Part shown: piece by piece, positions 1 through 8,538 of the stretch
How the letters are laid out: each line of letters opens with the position of its first letter
Numbering within the stretch: the stretch's first letter is position 1
IMG/VR virus record: IMGVR_UViG_3300008267_000224
Coordinates: 1-30,969 of that record
From: a virus
Taxonomy: Duplodnaviria; Caudoviricetes
Strand: one strand, 5' to 3'
Length of the DNA: 30,969 bases
Position numbers and translations under genes: made by a program
Notes under the pieces: generated by a model
Told to the model about the DNA's origin: nothing
What the model saw: only the letters and a program-made list of their open reading frames with translations
Databases searched by the model: none

Positions 1-899
1 TATTCGTTTATTTGACCTCTAAGGTCACAAACATCTTTATCTTTTGGTAGTTTCATTAGTTTAACTCTACCATAAAGTTTTCCTCCGTTTAATTTGTCGT
101 ATATATTTTTAGCGTCTTCAAATGCGTCTCCATCAAGACAAACAATTATATCTTTTTTTGCCTTTTCGTATAATTTTTCCCATAAATTATCATTAACGTA
201 TTTCCCTAATAACGCGATTGAATTGTCTAAAAAGAAAGAATCAAACACACCCTCAACAAGGTATATATCTTTTTTCCAATCAATTAAACTTTCGTTAAAA
301 ATAAGGAAGTCTTTTGCCGCTTCAGGATTTTTGTATTTTAACTTTGATCTTGGGTTCCATGACCTTGATACAAAAAAGTTTAATTCGCCCTTTTTATTAA
401 ACGAAGGAACTATTATACGACCGGCATACTCACCCTCAACACAAAGACCAATGTTATACTTATCTATTGTTTCTTGAGTTATACCTCTTTTTTTAAGGTA
501 ATTAAAGGCCTCTTTTCTTGGTACGTGTAGTGGGTGTATTTCCTCAAACTTTTTATACTCCTTTGGTAGTTCTAATTTTTTATATTCTTTTTGTTTTTTT
601 TCTACCTTATCCGGTCTAATGAGGTTATATGTTTTTTTATCTTTTTTTGACCCAAACTGTTCAATAAGTCTACCTAAATGTCCGTGAGTGTCATGTGTTT
701 CAGAACACGCCCAACATTTATAAACATGGTTAATATAATTTATTTCTAAATTTCCCTTACCATCGGTTTTTGATAGACCTTTTATCTCATAGGAGCAAAC
801 GGGACAGTCAACAGATATTTGACCACTATATTCATTTACGTTCTTAGGTTCACCAAAAATATTCTCAATAAGGTCAACTAATAGTGACTCTTCTTTCAT
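1..899 (-). CDS. DnaG-type DNA primase (Zn-binding domain plus TOPRIM); reaches the window edge; missing from the ORF track
   Basis: Manual translation from ATG at 899: MKEESLLVDLIENIFGEPK...DCPVCS...YKCWACS (Zn finger)...YLKKRGI...GRIIVP...KYKNP...YLVEGVFD...VCLDGDA...LPKDKDVCD. EGxFD and DxD are TOPRIM motifs. The frame is open to the edge. Confidence 0.92.
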   Translation of the reverse strand, partial: MKEESLLVDLIENIFGEPKNVNEYSGQISVDCPVCSYEIKGLSKTDGKGNLEINYINHVYKCWACSETHDTHGHLGRLIEQFGSKKDKKTYNLIRPDKVEKKQKEYKKLELPKEYKKFEEIHPLHVPRKEAFNYLKKRGITQETIDKYNIGLCVEGEYAGRIIVPSFNKKGELNFFVSRSWNPRSKLKYKNPEAAKDFLIFNESLIDWKKDIYLVEGVFDSFFLDNSIALLGKYVNDNLWEKLYEKAKKDIIVCLDGDAFEDAKNIYDKLNGGKLYGRVKLMKLPKDKDVCDLRGQINE

Positions 900-905
900 A
901 CCTAA

Positions 906-934
906 AAGATACGAAATAAGGGTAAAATGTCAAA
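906..934 (-). promoter_or_regulatory. Putative host-RNA-polymerase promoter for the primase gene
   Basis: Minus strand reads TTTGACA-16 nt-TATCTT-TTAGGT-ATG. This fits sigma70 -35/-10, and also the Bacteroidota TTTG-19 nt-TAnnTTTG pattern with one mismatch. Confidence 0.6.
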
Positions 935-938
935 CAAC

Positions 939-965
939 AAAAAACCCACCTTTATGGGGTGGGTT
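939..965 (-). terminator. Rho-independent terminator closing the structural/RuvC operon
   Basis: Minus strand AACCCACC-CCATAAA-GGTGGGTT followed by TTTTGTTG. Perfect 8-bp stem starting 4 nt after the stop of the 176-aa ORF. Confidence 0.85.
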
Positions 966-969
966 ACTA

Positions 970-1500
970 TTATTTTTCTTGGTAACTAAAGGACTTATCA
1001 AAATATCCCTTTCTTTCTACTTGGTCTACTGCGTTATACCAATCATCTTGTAACCAAAAATCTTCTAATTTTCTTGTCTTACCAAAATACAATTTATCAG
1101 TATCTTTTATTATACTTTCAATATAAACATCTTGATTTTCTAACCATTTAAAAAATTTAGTCACATTTAAAACCGCATTTGTAGCATCACCTATTTTGAA
1201 TTTATCTTCTGTCTGAGCAGTATTTCTATTTTTAAAAACATTTTTTTTATTTTCAACTTTAAACCATATTTGTGTTCCGTCATTCATTGGTTTTAAAATA
1301 AATTGATCAGTACCTAAAATTGAATTTATTTTTGGTTGGATAATTTTTATAAATTCCGTTAAAATTTCATTATATAAGTCGGTTAATTGTGGTAAACCTG
1401 TAACATCCTCATTCAAATAAAACTTACTAGTCGCGGTTTTATGCATTTCAAGAATTCTATTCTTTTCTTGTTCTGTGATTTCTGATAATATATTTTTCAT
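970..1500 (-). CDS. Hypothetical protein with N-terminal ITEQEKNRILEMH...LNE leader; possible internal head protein
   Basis: 176-aa ORF preceded by the TATTTATA motif. Function is inferred only from the leader motif. Confidence 0.6.
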   Translation of the reverse strand: MKNILSEITEQEKNRILEMHKTATSKFYLNEDVTGLPQLTDLYNEILTEFIKIIQPKINSILGTDQFILKPMNDGTQIWFKVENKKNVFKNRNTAQTEDKFKIGDATNAVLNVTKFFKWLENQDVYIESIIKDTDKLYFGKTRKLEDFWLQDDWYNAVDQVERKGYFDKSFSYQEK

Positions 1501-1516
1501 AGGTTTTTAATTTATA

Positions 1517-1524
1517 TATAAATA
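1517..1524 (-). promoter_or_regulatory. TATTTATA motif, putative late promoter
   Basis: Exact copy 16 nt upstream of the ATG at 1500; recurs in most intergenic gaps. Confidence 0.55.
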
Positions 1525-1558
1525 TATTAGACTTTAAAAAAATCAAAAAAAAAATAAA

Positions 1559-2161
1559 TTACCAAATTTTTTCTTGCTTCATATAACCTAATACACAAGT
1601 ATATGAATCAGCCATATCAAAACACTCTTTTTTAAGTGTATTATTTTTTGTATATAGCCAAGTAATTTGTGGTTCTTTATCTGATACTTTTTTCCAAATA
1701 AGTTCTTTTTTATCTATATCCTTTGGTAATCCACCAAACAAAACATGTTTTCCTTTATCATTTTGTTGGACAAAATCAGGCCATGCAAATTTTCTCGAGT
1801 TATACGTTGAAATAAATGATGGTACTATATCTAAAATGTCATAAATTGATTTTGTAATCATTGAATTGTACCTTAATAAGGTACCAACTGTCCATATATT
1901 ATTTGAGTTCAATAATGGTTCTTCGATTATTACTTTTGTAATACCTAAATTTCTATAACCTTCTAACTTTTCTTCAAAAGCTCTTACCTTTAAAATAAGT
2001 TCTTCAATTTTATCTTCTGGTTTTGGTTTGATGACAGGTGAGAAATGTGTTAGTTCTAAAAGTTCTTGAGTTCTAATGTCAAATAAACTCCATCCAATTG
2101 TTTTGGTTGAAATGTCTAAACCCAACACTTTAGGTGAGTTTTTAAGATCTGTTTTGTTCAT
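1559..2161 (-). CDS. RuvC-like Holliday junction resolvase (RNase H fold)
   Basis: VLGLDISTKTIGW (first catalytic Asp), VIIEEP (Glu) and C-terminal DMADS (Asp pair); 200 aa. Confidence 0.85.
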   Translation of the reverse strand: MNKTDLKNSPKVLGLDISTKTIGWSLFDIRTQELLELTHFSPVIKPKPEDKIEELILKVRAFEEKLEGYRNLGITKVIIEEPLLNSNNIWTVGTLLRYNSMITKSIYDILDIVPSFISTYNSRKFAWPDFVQQNDKGKHVLFGGLPKDIDKKELIWKKVSDKEPQITWLYTKNNTLKKECFDMADSYTCVLGYMKQEKIW

Positions 2162-2166
2162 AAAAT

Positions 2167-4374
2167 TTAAAAATCTAATTTAATTGGATACTGTTGTATA
2201 CCTTGTCTTTTTTGAGGTGACTGTATCTTAGAAATAACCATAAGTTCTTTGTCGGCATTGTAAAGTCCAACTTCGGTGATGTATGGTGGAACCGTATTAT
2301 TCCAAGTTGGGTTTGATGAATCAAAAAATTGAGTTTGTCCCATATTAACTAAGAAATTCATTACGTATATTGTTGCTTGAATGTCTGTTTGAATGTTACC
2401 AAAAAAGAAGTAGTCACTTCCAAAATTAAAGGTTTGCCCTGTTTGATTTAAAACCGGTAAACTGATATAATCATTCAAATTATATATAGGTGCATTATCA
2501 TATAAATCTTTTGTTATTTGATAAGTTACACCAGTCAAACTATCAATAGTTAAATATCCATTTAATGTGGTTGCAGATATTTGACTGTACATGTCGATTT
2601 CTCTCCATTGTGTGACTGATGGTCTTGTAGCGCCACTAGGAACTTTTTGGGCTAATAGTTTAAAATTATTTGCCGTAAAACCTGATGGTGTTGTTGAGAT
2701 ATTTGATACTAAAAATGGAAATTCGTTTCCAAATCTTACAATAATGTCAGACGCTCCTGGTAATAAACTTTGGTCGTTTCCTGAAATTCTTGAATAATAA
2801 TTACAATGAAGTGAATTTGTAAATCCAGTACTATCTAATCTATATGTTAAAAATAAACTTTCACTGTCACCACTTAAAAGTCCTTGTACACCACCTAAAA
2901 TACCACTAAAAGTATTTGGTGTTACTAAACCGACTTTTGGTGCTGGTAATGACCAACTTCTATTTGATTTACTATTAAGTGTTGCAACAATCTCATCGTC
3001 ATCAAAAACAATTAATTTCATATCAGGAAATACTTTACCGACCCTATTTGGGTAACCGTTTGTATTTGCGTGTGTATCCCAAAGGTGATAATATCTTAAA
3101 CCTGGCGTATTAAATTGGATGTCTTTTTTACTTTTAATATAATGAACCTCAAAAAGATTTAACGATGTAAAACCAGATGGGTCAGTATAAAAATCTTCAC
3201 CTATAGTACCATTTGGATTTTTATGCCACATTAACCAAGGAATACTAAGTTTAAAATTTCTTGCCTGTCCTGTGTTACCCGGATTGTTTGGATCATAGTC
3301 TTGCATTGCAAACTTTTCTCCGTAATAGTTATCTATCGCTTGATTTGTGTAGTGTACTATTGCAATTGCTTTTTGGTCTGATGGTTTAATTGTTATTTCT
3401 TCTGAAAAACTATTATAGTAATAAACTCTGTCCGTATCTTTTTGACCGTCATCTGATTTATACCCTAAATATTCTTTTGTTCCCGTATAGCCTGTAGAAG
3501 GATAATAATTAAAGTCTTGGTAAATTGTGTTTAATGTTCCTGCTGGTGATTCAGTCCAAGGACTATTCATGTTCCAAACTTTTACATCTGTTTGTGAAAT
3601 ATCACAATTTGATTCAAAGTTAAACGCATCTATATTCCAATAAGGTTGTGGTGTTATTGAATCATAAAGTGCGGTCATCCCTGACGGGTAAAACACAACA
3701 CTACTTGAACCTGTATAACCTAATGTTGTGAAATTAGGTAAGTTTCTATCAACTTCTATTGTTATGGTTGTTGCTGTTGATGACTCACCTGTTACTGAAA
3801 CAACAACATATGTGTATATTGGTGCGGCACCACTCAAAGGTGTTATTGAGTTACTACTAAAAATTGTTAATATCATTCCTGGAGTCACCGTTCCTGAAAC
3901 ACTTGGATTTATACTTATTCCTGATAATGTAAATGTTGTTCCTGATGTAAGTGTAGTGTTATCTACATAAAAATTCGGGTTGATTGTGTATGCCGATGTT
4001 GTTAGTAATGTAAAACCCGAAACACTGTAACCACTATAAAACCCTCTTGGTGCCGCACTATTAAATACATTATCAATGTAAGACGCATCAAACGGAACAC
4101 CATAAGTCGCCCCTGATGTTGAATCTAAAAATAATGGGTATTTAATATGCATTCTATTTTTTTCAGGTGCTGGTGCCAAATTTTGACCATTATCCTGTGG
4201 CATTAATACATTTAAATCAGTTAAATTAAGTCCATTTACACAATTATAACAAACTTCACTATCACCTACTTGAAAATAAGATATATCAAATCTACCTTGT
4301 GATATTTTTTTTCTTGCAGCGTCGGTAAGTTTTGTGTTAATTAATGCTGCGGTATTTTTAATTATGTATGACAT
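2167..4374 (-). CDS. Virion structural protein with tail-collar/fibre-anchor (DUF3751-like) motifs at both termini
   Basis: N-terminal KLTDAARKKISQG...ISYFQVGD and C-terminal YITEVGLYNADKELMVISK resemble the two halves of the tail-fibre N-terminal domain; position in the tail module. Confidence 0.6.
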   Translation of the reverse strand: MSYIIKNTAALINTKLTDAARKKISQGRFDISYFQVGDSEVCYNCVNGLNLTDLNVLMPQDNGQNLAPAPEKNRMHIKYPLFLDSTSGATYGVPFDASYIDNVFNSAAPRGFYSGYSVSGFTLLTTSAYTINPNFYVDNTTLTSGTTFTLSGISINPSVSGTVTPGMILTIFSSNSITPLSGAAPIYTYVVVSVTGESSTATTITIEVDRNLPNFTTLGYTGSSSVVFYPSGMTALYDSITPQPYWNIDAFNFESNCDISQTDVKVWNMNSPWTESPAGTLNTIYQDFNYYPSTGYTGTKEYLGYKSDDGQKDTDRVYYYNSFSEEITIKPSDQKAIAIVHYTNQAIDNYYGEKFAMQDYDPNNPGNTGQARNFKLSIPWLMWHKNPNGTIGEDFYTDPSGFTSLNLFEVHYIKSKKDIQFNTPGLRYYHLWDTHANTNGYPNRVGKVFPDMKLIVFDDDEIVATLNSKSNRSWSLPAPKVGLVTPNTFSGILGGVQGLLSGDSESLFLTYRLDSTGFTNSLHCNYYSRISGNDQSLLPGASDIIVRFGNEFPFLVSNISTTPSGFTANNFKLLAQKVPSGATRPSVTQWREIDMYSQISATTLNGYLTIDSLTGVTYQITKDLYDNAPIYNLNDYISLPVLNQTGQTFNFGSDYFFFGNIQTDIQATIYVMNFLVNMGQTQFFDSSNPTWNNTVPPYITEVGLYNADKELMVISKIQSPQKRQGIQQYPIKLDF

Positions 4375-4378
4375 ATAC

Positions 4379-4386
4379 TATAAATA
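4379..4386 (-). promoter_or_regulatory. TATTTATA motif, putative late promoter
   Basis: Exact copy 4 nt upstream of the ATG at 4374. Confidence 0.55.
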
Positions 4387-4400
4387 TAATTATTGGTATT

Positions 4401-5999
4401 TTATGAAAATGCGGTTAATCCTGTTTTATAAAATTGATAAGTTAATGGTTGAATTGCACTATTTAAATATGCACAAGTTGGTGGTGTCAAATTTTGATTT
4501 GTTATACTAATTACGTTTTTAATACCTGAATTTAAACCACATCTATATTTTTCAATCCCGACCATTGGTATTGTTAATTGTTGTACTAATGTACCGATTA
4601 TTGATCCACCACCCGTAATACTACCTTGGTAGTTTTGAGTGTATGCACTTGTGTTAATGTCGGTAAGTCTACATGGTAGAGGTTTAGGTGTTGTACTCGT
4701 TATTGGCGTAGTAGTACTTACAGGTCCTGTCATTGTTGCCACACCGTTTGTTGTGAATGTTAATGTAAATGTTTGAGATGTTTGTATCACCGGAGAATCA
4801 GTTGTTGTATTTCCAGTCATTAAAATATTCATAGGTAAAACAAAAGATAATGTTTTTGTTGGTGGTAACTGTGGTGTTACTTCTATTTTAAACGTATATG
4901 TTCTTGTTTCTGTAATTGATGCTATTACCGATGTTTGTGTTATTGGTGTTAAATTTATTGTATAATTTTGAAAAGTTTCTTGAGCGGTTAATAAAGTAGA
5001 TTGTGATACAACAGTATTATTTGAATCTTTTACATATAACGTATATGTTCCAGCGATAAGATTTGTAAATACATTACCGCTTTGGTAGTTTATACCATTT
5101 ATTGAGTATGCGTACGGTGAGGTCCCACCTATTGGTGTTACAACAATACTCCCATCTCCTGTGGTTGAACATGTTGGTGGGTTATTTGATAACCTCATAG
5201 TTAATGGTGATGGTGGACACTCTCCTTCATTTATGACTAACGTTTTACCATATGTACCTAAAATTGTCCAACTACCAACAGGTGGTATTGTAGGACTATT
5301 AAATACCGGAATACCACTTTGTGTCCAACCAGAAATTTCCCATCTTGTTGTTCCTGTGTTATAATAAATTACTTGATTAGATGAGGATGCGGTCCATGAA
5401 GGATAACCATTAATTGTGTTGCCAGAATTTACTTCATCTGATACGAATGTTTTACCGTCACCATATGTTATACATAATTTTGGTGGATAAACAATAGGTG
5501 TTGGTGGTGGATCGCAGTCTTCACACTCATTATATGGTCCTGATTCAACTTGTGCAAAACTATTAATATATGTTTGTGTATTGTATAATGTGATACCACT
5601 ACTTATCCAACAACCCGCCTGTGTTGTTAATTCATATATTTTACCTACTTCAAATGTCGATGGTAAATCTGCTAAATAATAAACTTTAGATGAATCTTTA
5701 CAATTTTCAAACTCTTCTAAATAGAACGATTCAAAACCGACCACACAAGTTGTAGTTGCAGTAAAATCACCATAATAATCAATAACCGTTGCCGTGTAAC
5801 TACCCGGTGATAAATTAGATAAAAACGTACCTTGTTGTCCATTATCCCACGATACATTATATGGTGGTGTTCCTCCTGTTATATACAGAGCAACAAAACC
5901 ATTTGTTGCGTCAGGTGTGGACGCGTCAATACTATCACAATCTAAACCCATAGGTAAGATTGTTATAATATTACAACTATTTCCGCTTAATAATCCCAT
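4401..5999 (-). CDS. Fibre/adhesin-like structural protein with SprB-like repeats and a Cys4 module
   Basis: ITGGTPPYNVSW...NLSPGSYTATVID and PIGGTSPYAYSING...FTNLIAGTYTLYVKDS are SprB-type repeats; Thr-rich; 532 aa. Confidence 0.65.
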   Translation of the reverse strand: MGLLSGNSCNIITILPMGLDCDSIDASTPDATNGFVALYITGGTPPYNVSWDNGQQGTFLSNLSPGSYTATVIDYYGDFTATTTCVVGFESFYLEEFENCKDSSKVYYLADLPSTFEVGKIYELTTQAGCWISSGITLYNTQTYINSFAQVESGPYNECEDCDPPPTPIVYPPKLCITYGDGKTFVSDEVNSGNTINGYPSWTASSSNQVIYYNTGTTRWEISGWTQSGIPVFNSPTIPPVGSWTILGTYGKTLVINEGECPPSPLTMRLSNNPPTCSTTGDGSIVVTPIGGTSPYAYSINGINYQSGNVFTNLIAGTYTLYVKDSNNTVVSQSTLLTAQETFQNYTINLTPITQTSVIASITETRTYTFKIEVTPQLPPTKTLSFVLPMNILMTGNTTTDSPVIQTSQTFTLTFTTNGVATMTGPVSTTTPITSTTPKPLPCRLTDINTSAYTQNYQGSITGGGSIIGTLVQQLTIPMVGIEKYRCGLNSGIKNVISITNQNLTPPTCAYLNSAIQPLTYQFYKTGLTAFS

Positions 6000-6002
6000 T
6001 TA

Positions 6003-6533
6003 TTATCCGAAACTAACTATATTATAGTATACTTTTAATTTTAATGAACCATTACCACCTGTTGGGTTACTTGTTGATTGTGATAAACTTATATTACTGT
6101 TAAGTGTACCACCTGCGATTGTATTACCGTTCGTTGCAACTGTTGCCGTATTTTCAGTTAATGCGTTAATATTTATTGAATTCAAAATCGTTACTCCTGA
6201 TATATTAATTAATCTTAAAGCTCCAGAGGTGGTGTATGCAGTTGTTGCGTGGTTGTACTCACTATATACTTTCATGTCATAATATTTATTACCACTTAAT
6301 GATGGTAGAATTTCTACTGGTGAGGTATTTAAATTTAAAGTTTGTGCGCTTGTTACTGTTACTGCACTATAATATTGATAACCACCTATTGTTGGTGCTA
6401 ACTGTTGTAGTTCAGCTTTATATGATGACCCTGCCGAGTTTTGTGAAGTATCACCAGTAGTAACAATATGTACTAAAGTTGTCCTTGTAATTGCGGTTGA
6501 TTGTGCTAATGTTTTATCTGTTAATCTTGCCAT
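6003..6533 (-). CDS. Small putative fibre/appendage protein
   Basis: 176 aa, Thr/Ser/Asn-rich. N-terminus MARLTDKTLA...LVHIV...SYKAELQQL resembles short fibre-anchoring N-termini; beta-rich C-terminal part. Confidence 0.5.
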   Translation of the reverse strand: MARLTDKTLAQSTAITRTTLVHIVTTGDTSQNSAGSSYKAELQQLAPTIGGYQYYSAVTVTSAQTLNLNTSPVEILPSLSGNKYYDMKVYSEYNHATTAYTTSGALRLINISGVTILNSININALTENTATVATNGNTIAGGTLNSNISLSQSTSNPTGGNGSLKLKVYYNIVSFG

Positions 6534-6556
6534 TTTTTTATTTTTTTATTTAGTTA

Positions 6557-6844
6557 TTATTGAAATCCGTATTCACTACCATCCATAAACTCAAAATATT
6601 GTCCGTCTTGGAATTGTTTTGCCGATGGTCCTGAAGTTTCACAGTAACTACAACCATTAGCGTCTTCTATTTTAACCGCGTATGAACTATATGTTTCAAA
6701 AATAGTTGGTAAGGTAAAAGTATATGGTATTGTACTTGTTGTTGCAATATATTGACAGGTACCTCCGTTACACAAATCGCAAACGTAAAGGTTATAAGGA
6801 CTTTGTCCTGATGTTACCGAATTTATAGTTATTTGTATTGCCAT
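6557..6844 (-). CDS. Small Cys-containing structural protein, paralogue family A
   Basis: GQSPYNLYVCD...CQYI...VKIEDANGC, shared with ORFs 9811-10254 and 10272-10562. Confidence 0.6.
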   Translation of the reverse strand: MAIQITINSVTSGQSPYNLYVCDLCNGGTCQYIATTSTIPYTFTLPTIFETYSSYAVKIEDANGCSYCETSGPSAKQFQDGQYFEFMDGSEYGFQ

Positions 6845-6848
6845 TAGT

Positions 6849-6856
6849 TATAAATA
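6849..6856 (-). promoter_or_regulatory. TATTTATA motif, putative late promoter
   Basis: Exact copy 4 nt upstream of the ATG at 6844. Confidence 0.55.
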
Positions 6857-6862
6857 TTAATT

Positions 6863-8473
6863 TTATGTACAATTTCCATTTACTGTACAATATTCTGTAA
6901 TTTTTCCTTGTGAATCGACAGTATATATTTTATTTGAGTATTTGATATAGTCAACATATAGTGGAATAGTTAAATTTGAATCCTCATAAACGTATACTCC
7001 TGTTTGTAATGTTGTACTAGCAGATGATGTATACCAACCATAGTCACCACCAAAGTCAGTTAATTCACAAACAGGACAGGCTAAAGAGTATTCCGCCTTA
7101 CCTCTCCATTGAATGTATGGTAATAAAATTGGTGCTGGTGCTAAACAATCTATACAATCACTATATACTGTTTGTGTATTCGCAGTAAACATATCAGTAC
7201 TTGCAATAACAAACCCTGCAGGTGGTATATAATTTACAAAGTTTCCAATATACGTATAACATTGTCCTGACGTATTCTTTAATATATCATCTGTAACAAT
7301 ATTTGTAGGCGGATACGCCACTTGTATTACCATAGAGTTAGTTGTACATGAAGTAAATATAAATGATGTTCCCACAGGATAAACTATAGGGTCAGGTATA
7401 ATTTCTTCAATACTGATAGAAGCTGTAAACGCCGAACATGGGTCTACCACCGGTACCACACATTCTTGACAACCACCACTATAAACTTCAAATATTTGTT
7501 TTACAATTCTTGTTGGTGATAGTTTAGAAAGGCTTTGGGTATAAGTAACACATTGTATTTGATCTGAATTAAAGTCATTTAATTGTACTAAGAATGTTGT
7601 TCCTGTTGTTAAACCTGAACCGTTGTAAATTAATGGGTCATTAACATAATATAAATCAGTAGTTTCACAATCCTCTAACAACTTAACCGCCGAACACACA
7701 AAATTACCACTATCAATTAAAAAAGTTACGGTATCAGCCGAAGGTGTCACCGTAGGTGTTGGTGTAGGTGTTGGTGTAGGTGTAGGTGTTGGCGTAGGTG
7801 TAGGTGTTATTTCAACAAAACTTATATCTGCAGTAAATGCAGAGCAAACGTCAGGTGTCGGAGTTGGCGTAGGTGTTGGTGTAGGGGTTGGTGTCGGCGT
7901 CGGAGTAGGTGTGGGTGTAGGTATTTCGCACTCTAATAGAACGTCAAAATCTAACACACTACATGGGTCTGGTGTTGGGGTAGGTGTTACCGAACAACTA
8001 CCTTCATAATAAAAAGTTGAGCTAAAATCAGGGCAAGTACTATCTGTTGGGTAAGACCCAAAGAAAAATACTGTACCACCTAACGCATCACCAATACACC
8101 ATTTTGTCGAGTCGTAAAATATAAAACCAATGTCAGTACCTCCAGTCCAATAGGGTTTAGCGTTATAACTCCCAACTAAACTATAGGTTCCGTTATACCC
8201 ACTATATGAATCAATAGGTATGTCGACACAAACGGATTCATCACAACAAATTTCACAACTAGGGTGTGTGCACCCCGAAACAATTGTTGCGGTACCAACC
8301 AAAGATGTTGTGGTTGTTGGTGTTCCAACAGGTACCACAGTGTAACACCCATCAATAATTGTCGTATCACCAGTAATGTTGAATACGGTACCTGGCGCTG
8401 TTAATCCAGCCCAAGTAGTAGCACTATAAACTATTTGTGTATAACAACAACTACTTAATATAATATCCGCCAT
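6863..8473 (-). CDS. Cys-rich modular structural protein with mucin-like Pro-Thr linkers
   Basis: 536 aa; two long (PT)n tracts and one short one; three Cys4 modules; directly downstream of the glycosyltransferase. Confidence 0.7.
   Translation of the reverse strand: MADIILSSCCYTQIVYSATTWAGLTAPGTVFNITGDTTIIDGCYTVVPVGTPTTTTSLVGTATIVSGCTHPSCEICCDESVCVDIPIDSYSGYNGTYSLVGSYNAKPYWTGGTDIGFIFYDSTKWCIGDALGGTVFFFGSYPTDSTCPDFSSTFYYEGSCSVTPTPTPDPCSVLDFDVLLECEIPTPTPTPTPTPTPTPTPTPTPTPDVCSAFTADISFVEITPTPTPTPTPTPTPTPTPTVTPSADTVTFLIDSGNFVCSAVKLLEDCETTDLYYVNDPLIYNGSGLTTGTTFLVQLNDFNSDQIQCVTYTQSLSKLSPTRIVKQIFEVYSGGCQECVVPVVDPCSAFTASISIEEIIPDPIVYPVGTSFIFTSCTTNSMVIQVAYPPTNIVTDDILKNTSGQCYTYIGNFVNYIPPAGFVIASTDMFTANTQTVYSDCIDCLAPAPILLPYIQWRGKAEYSLACPVCELTDFGGDYGWYTSSASTTLQTGVYVYEDSNLTIPLYVDYIKYSNKIYTVDSQGKITEYCTVNGNCT
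7743..7807 (-). repeat. Degenerate 6-bp tandem repeat encoding (Thr-Pro)n
   Basis: Plus strand ggtgtaggtgttggtgtagg...; about 11 TP units with synonymous variation. Confidence 0.9.
7853..7922 (-). repeat. Degenerate 6-bp tandem repeat encoding (Pro-Thr)n
   Basis: About 11-12 PT units using varied codons (CCN/ACN). Confidence 0.9.
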
Positions 8474-8491
8474 CTAAAAATTACTTTATTA

Positions 8492-8499
8492 TATAAATA
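8492..8499 (-). promoter_or_regulatory. TATTTATA motif, putative late promoter
   Basis: Exact copy 18 nt upstream of the ATG at 8473. Confidence 0.55.
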
Positions 8500-8538
8500 A
8501 TCAAACATTTATTTTATTAAATTATTTTTATGTTTTAT

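Noticed and set aside
94-477. 127-aa plus-strand ORF in the track
   Set aside because: Antisense shadow of the primase gene, which has clear catalytic motifs on the minus strand.
7743-7922. CRISPR array or phase-variable microsatellite
   Set aside because: No repeat-spacer structure; the 6-bp units are in frame and synonymously diversified, so this is a protein-level PT repeat.
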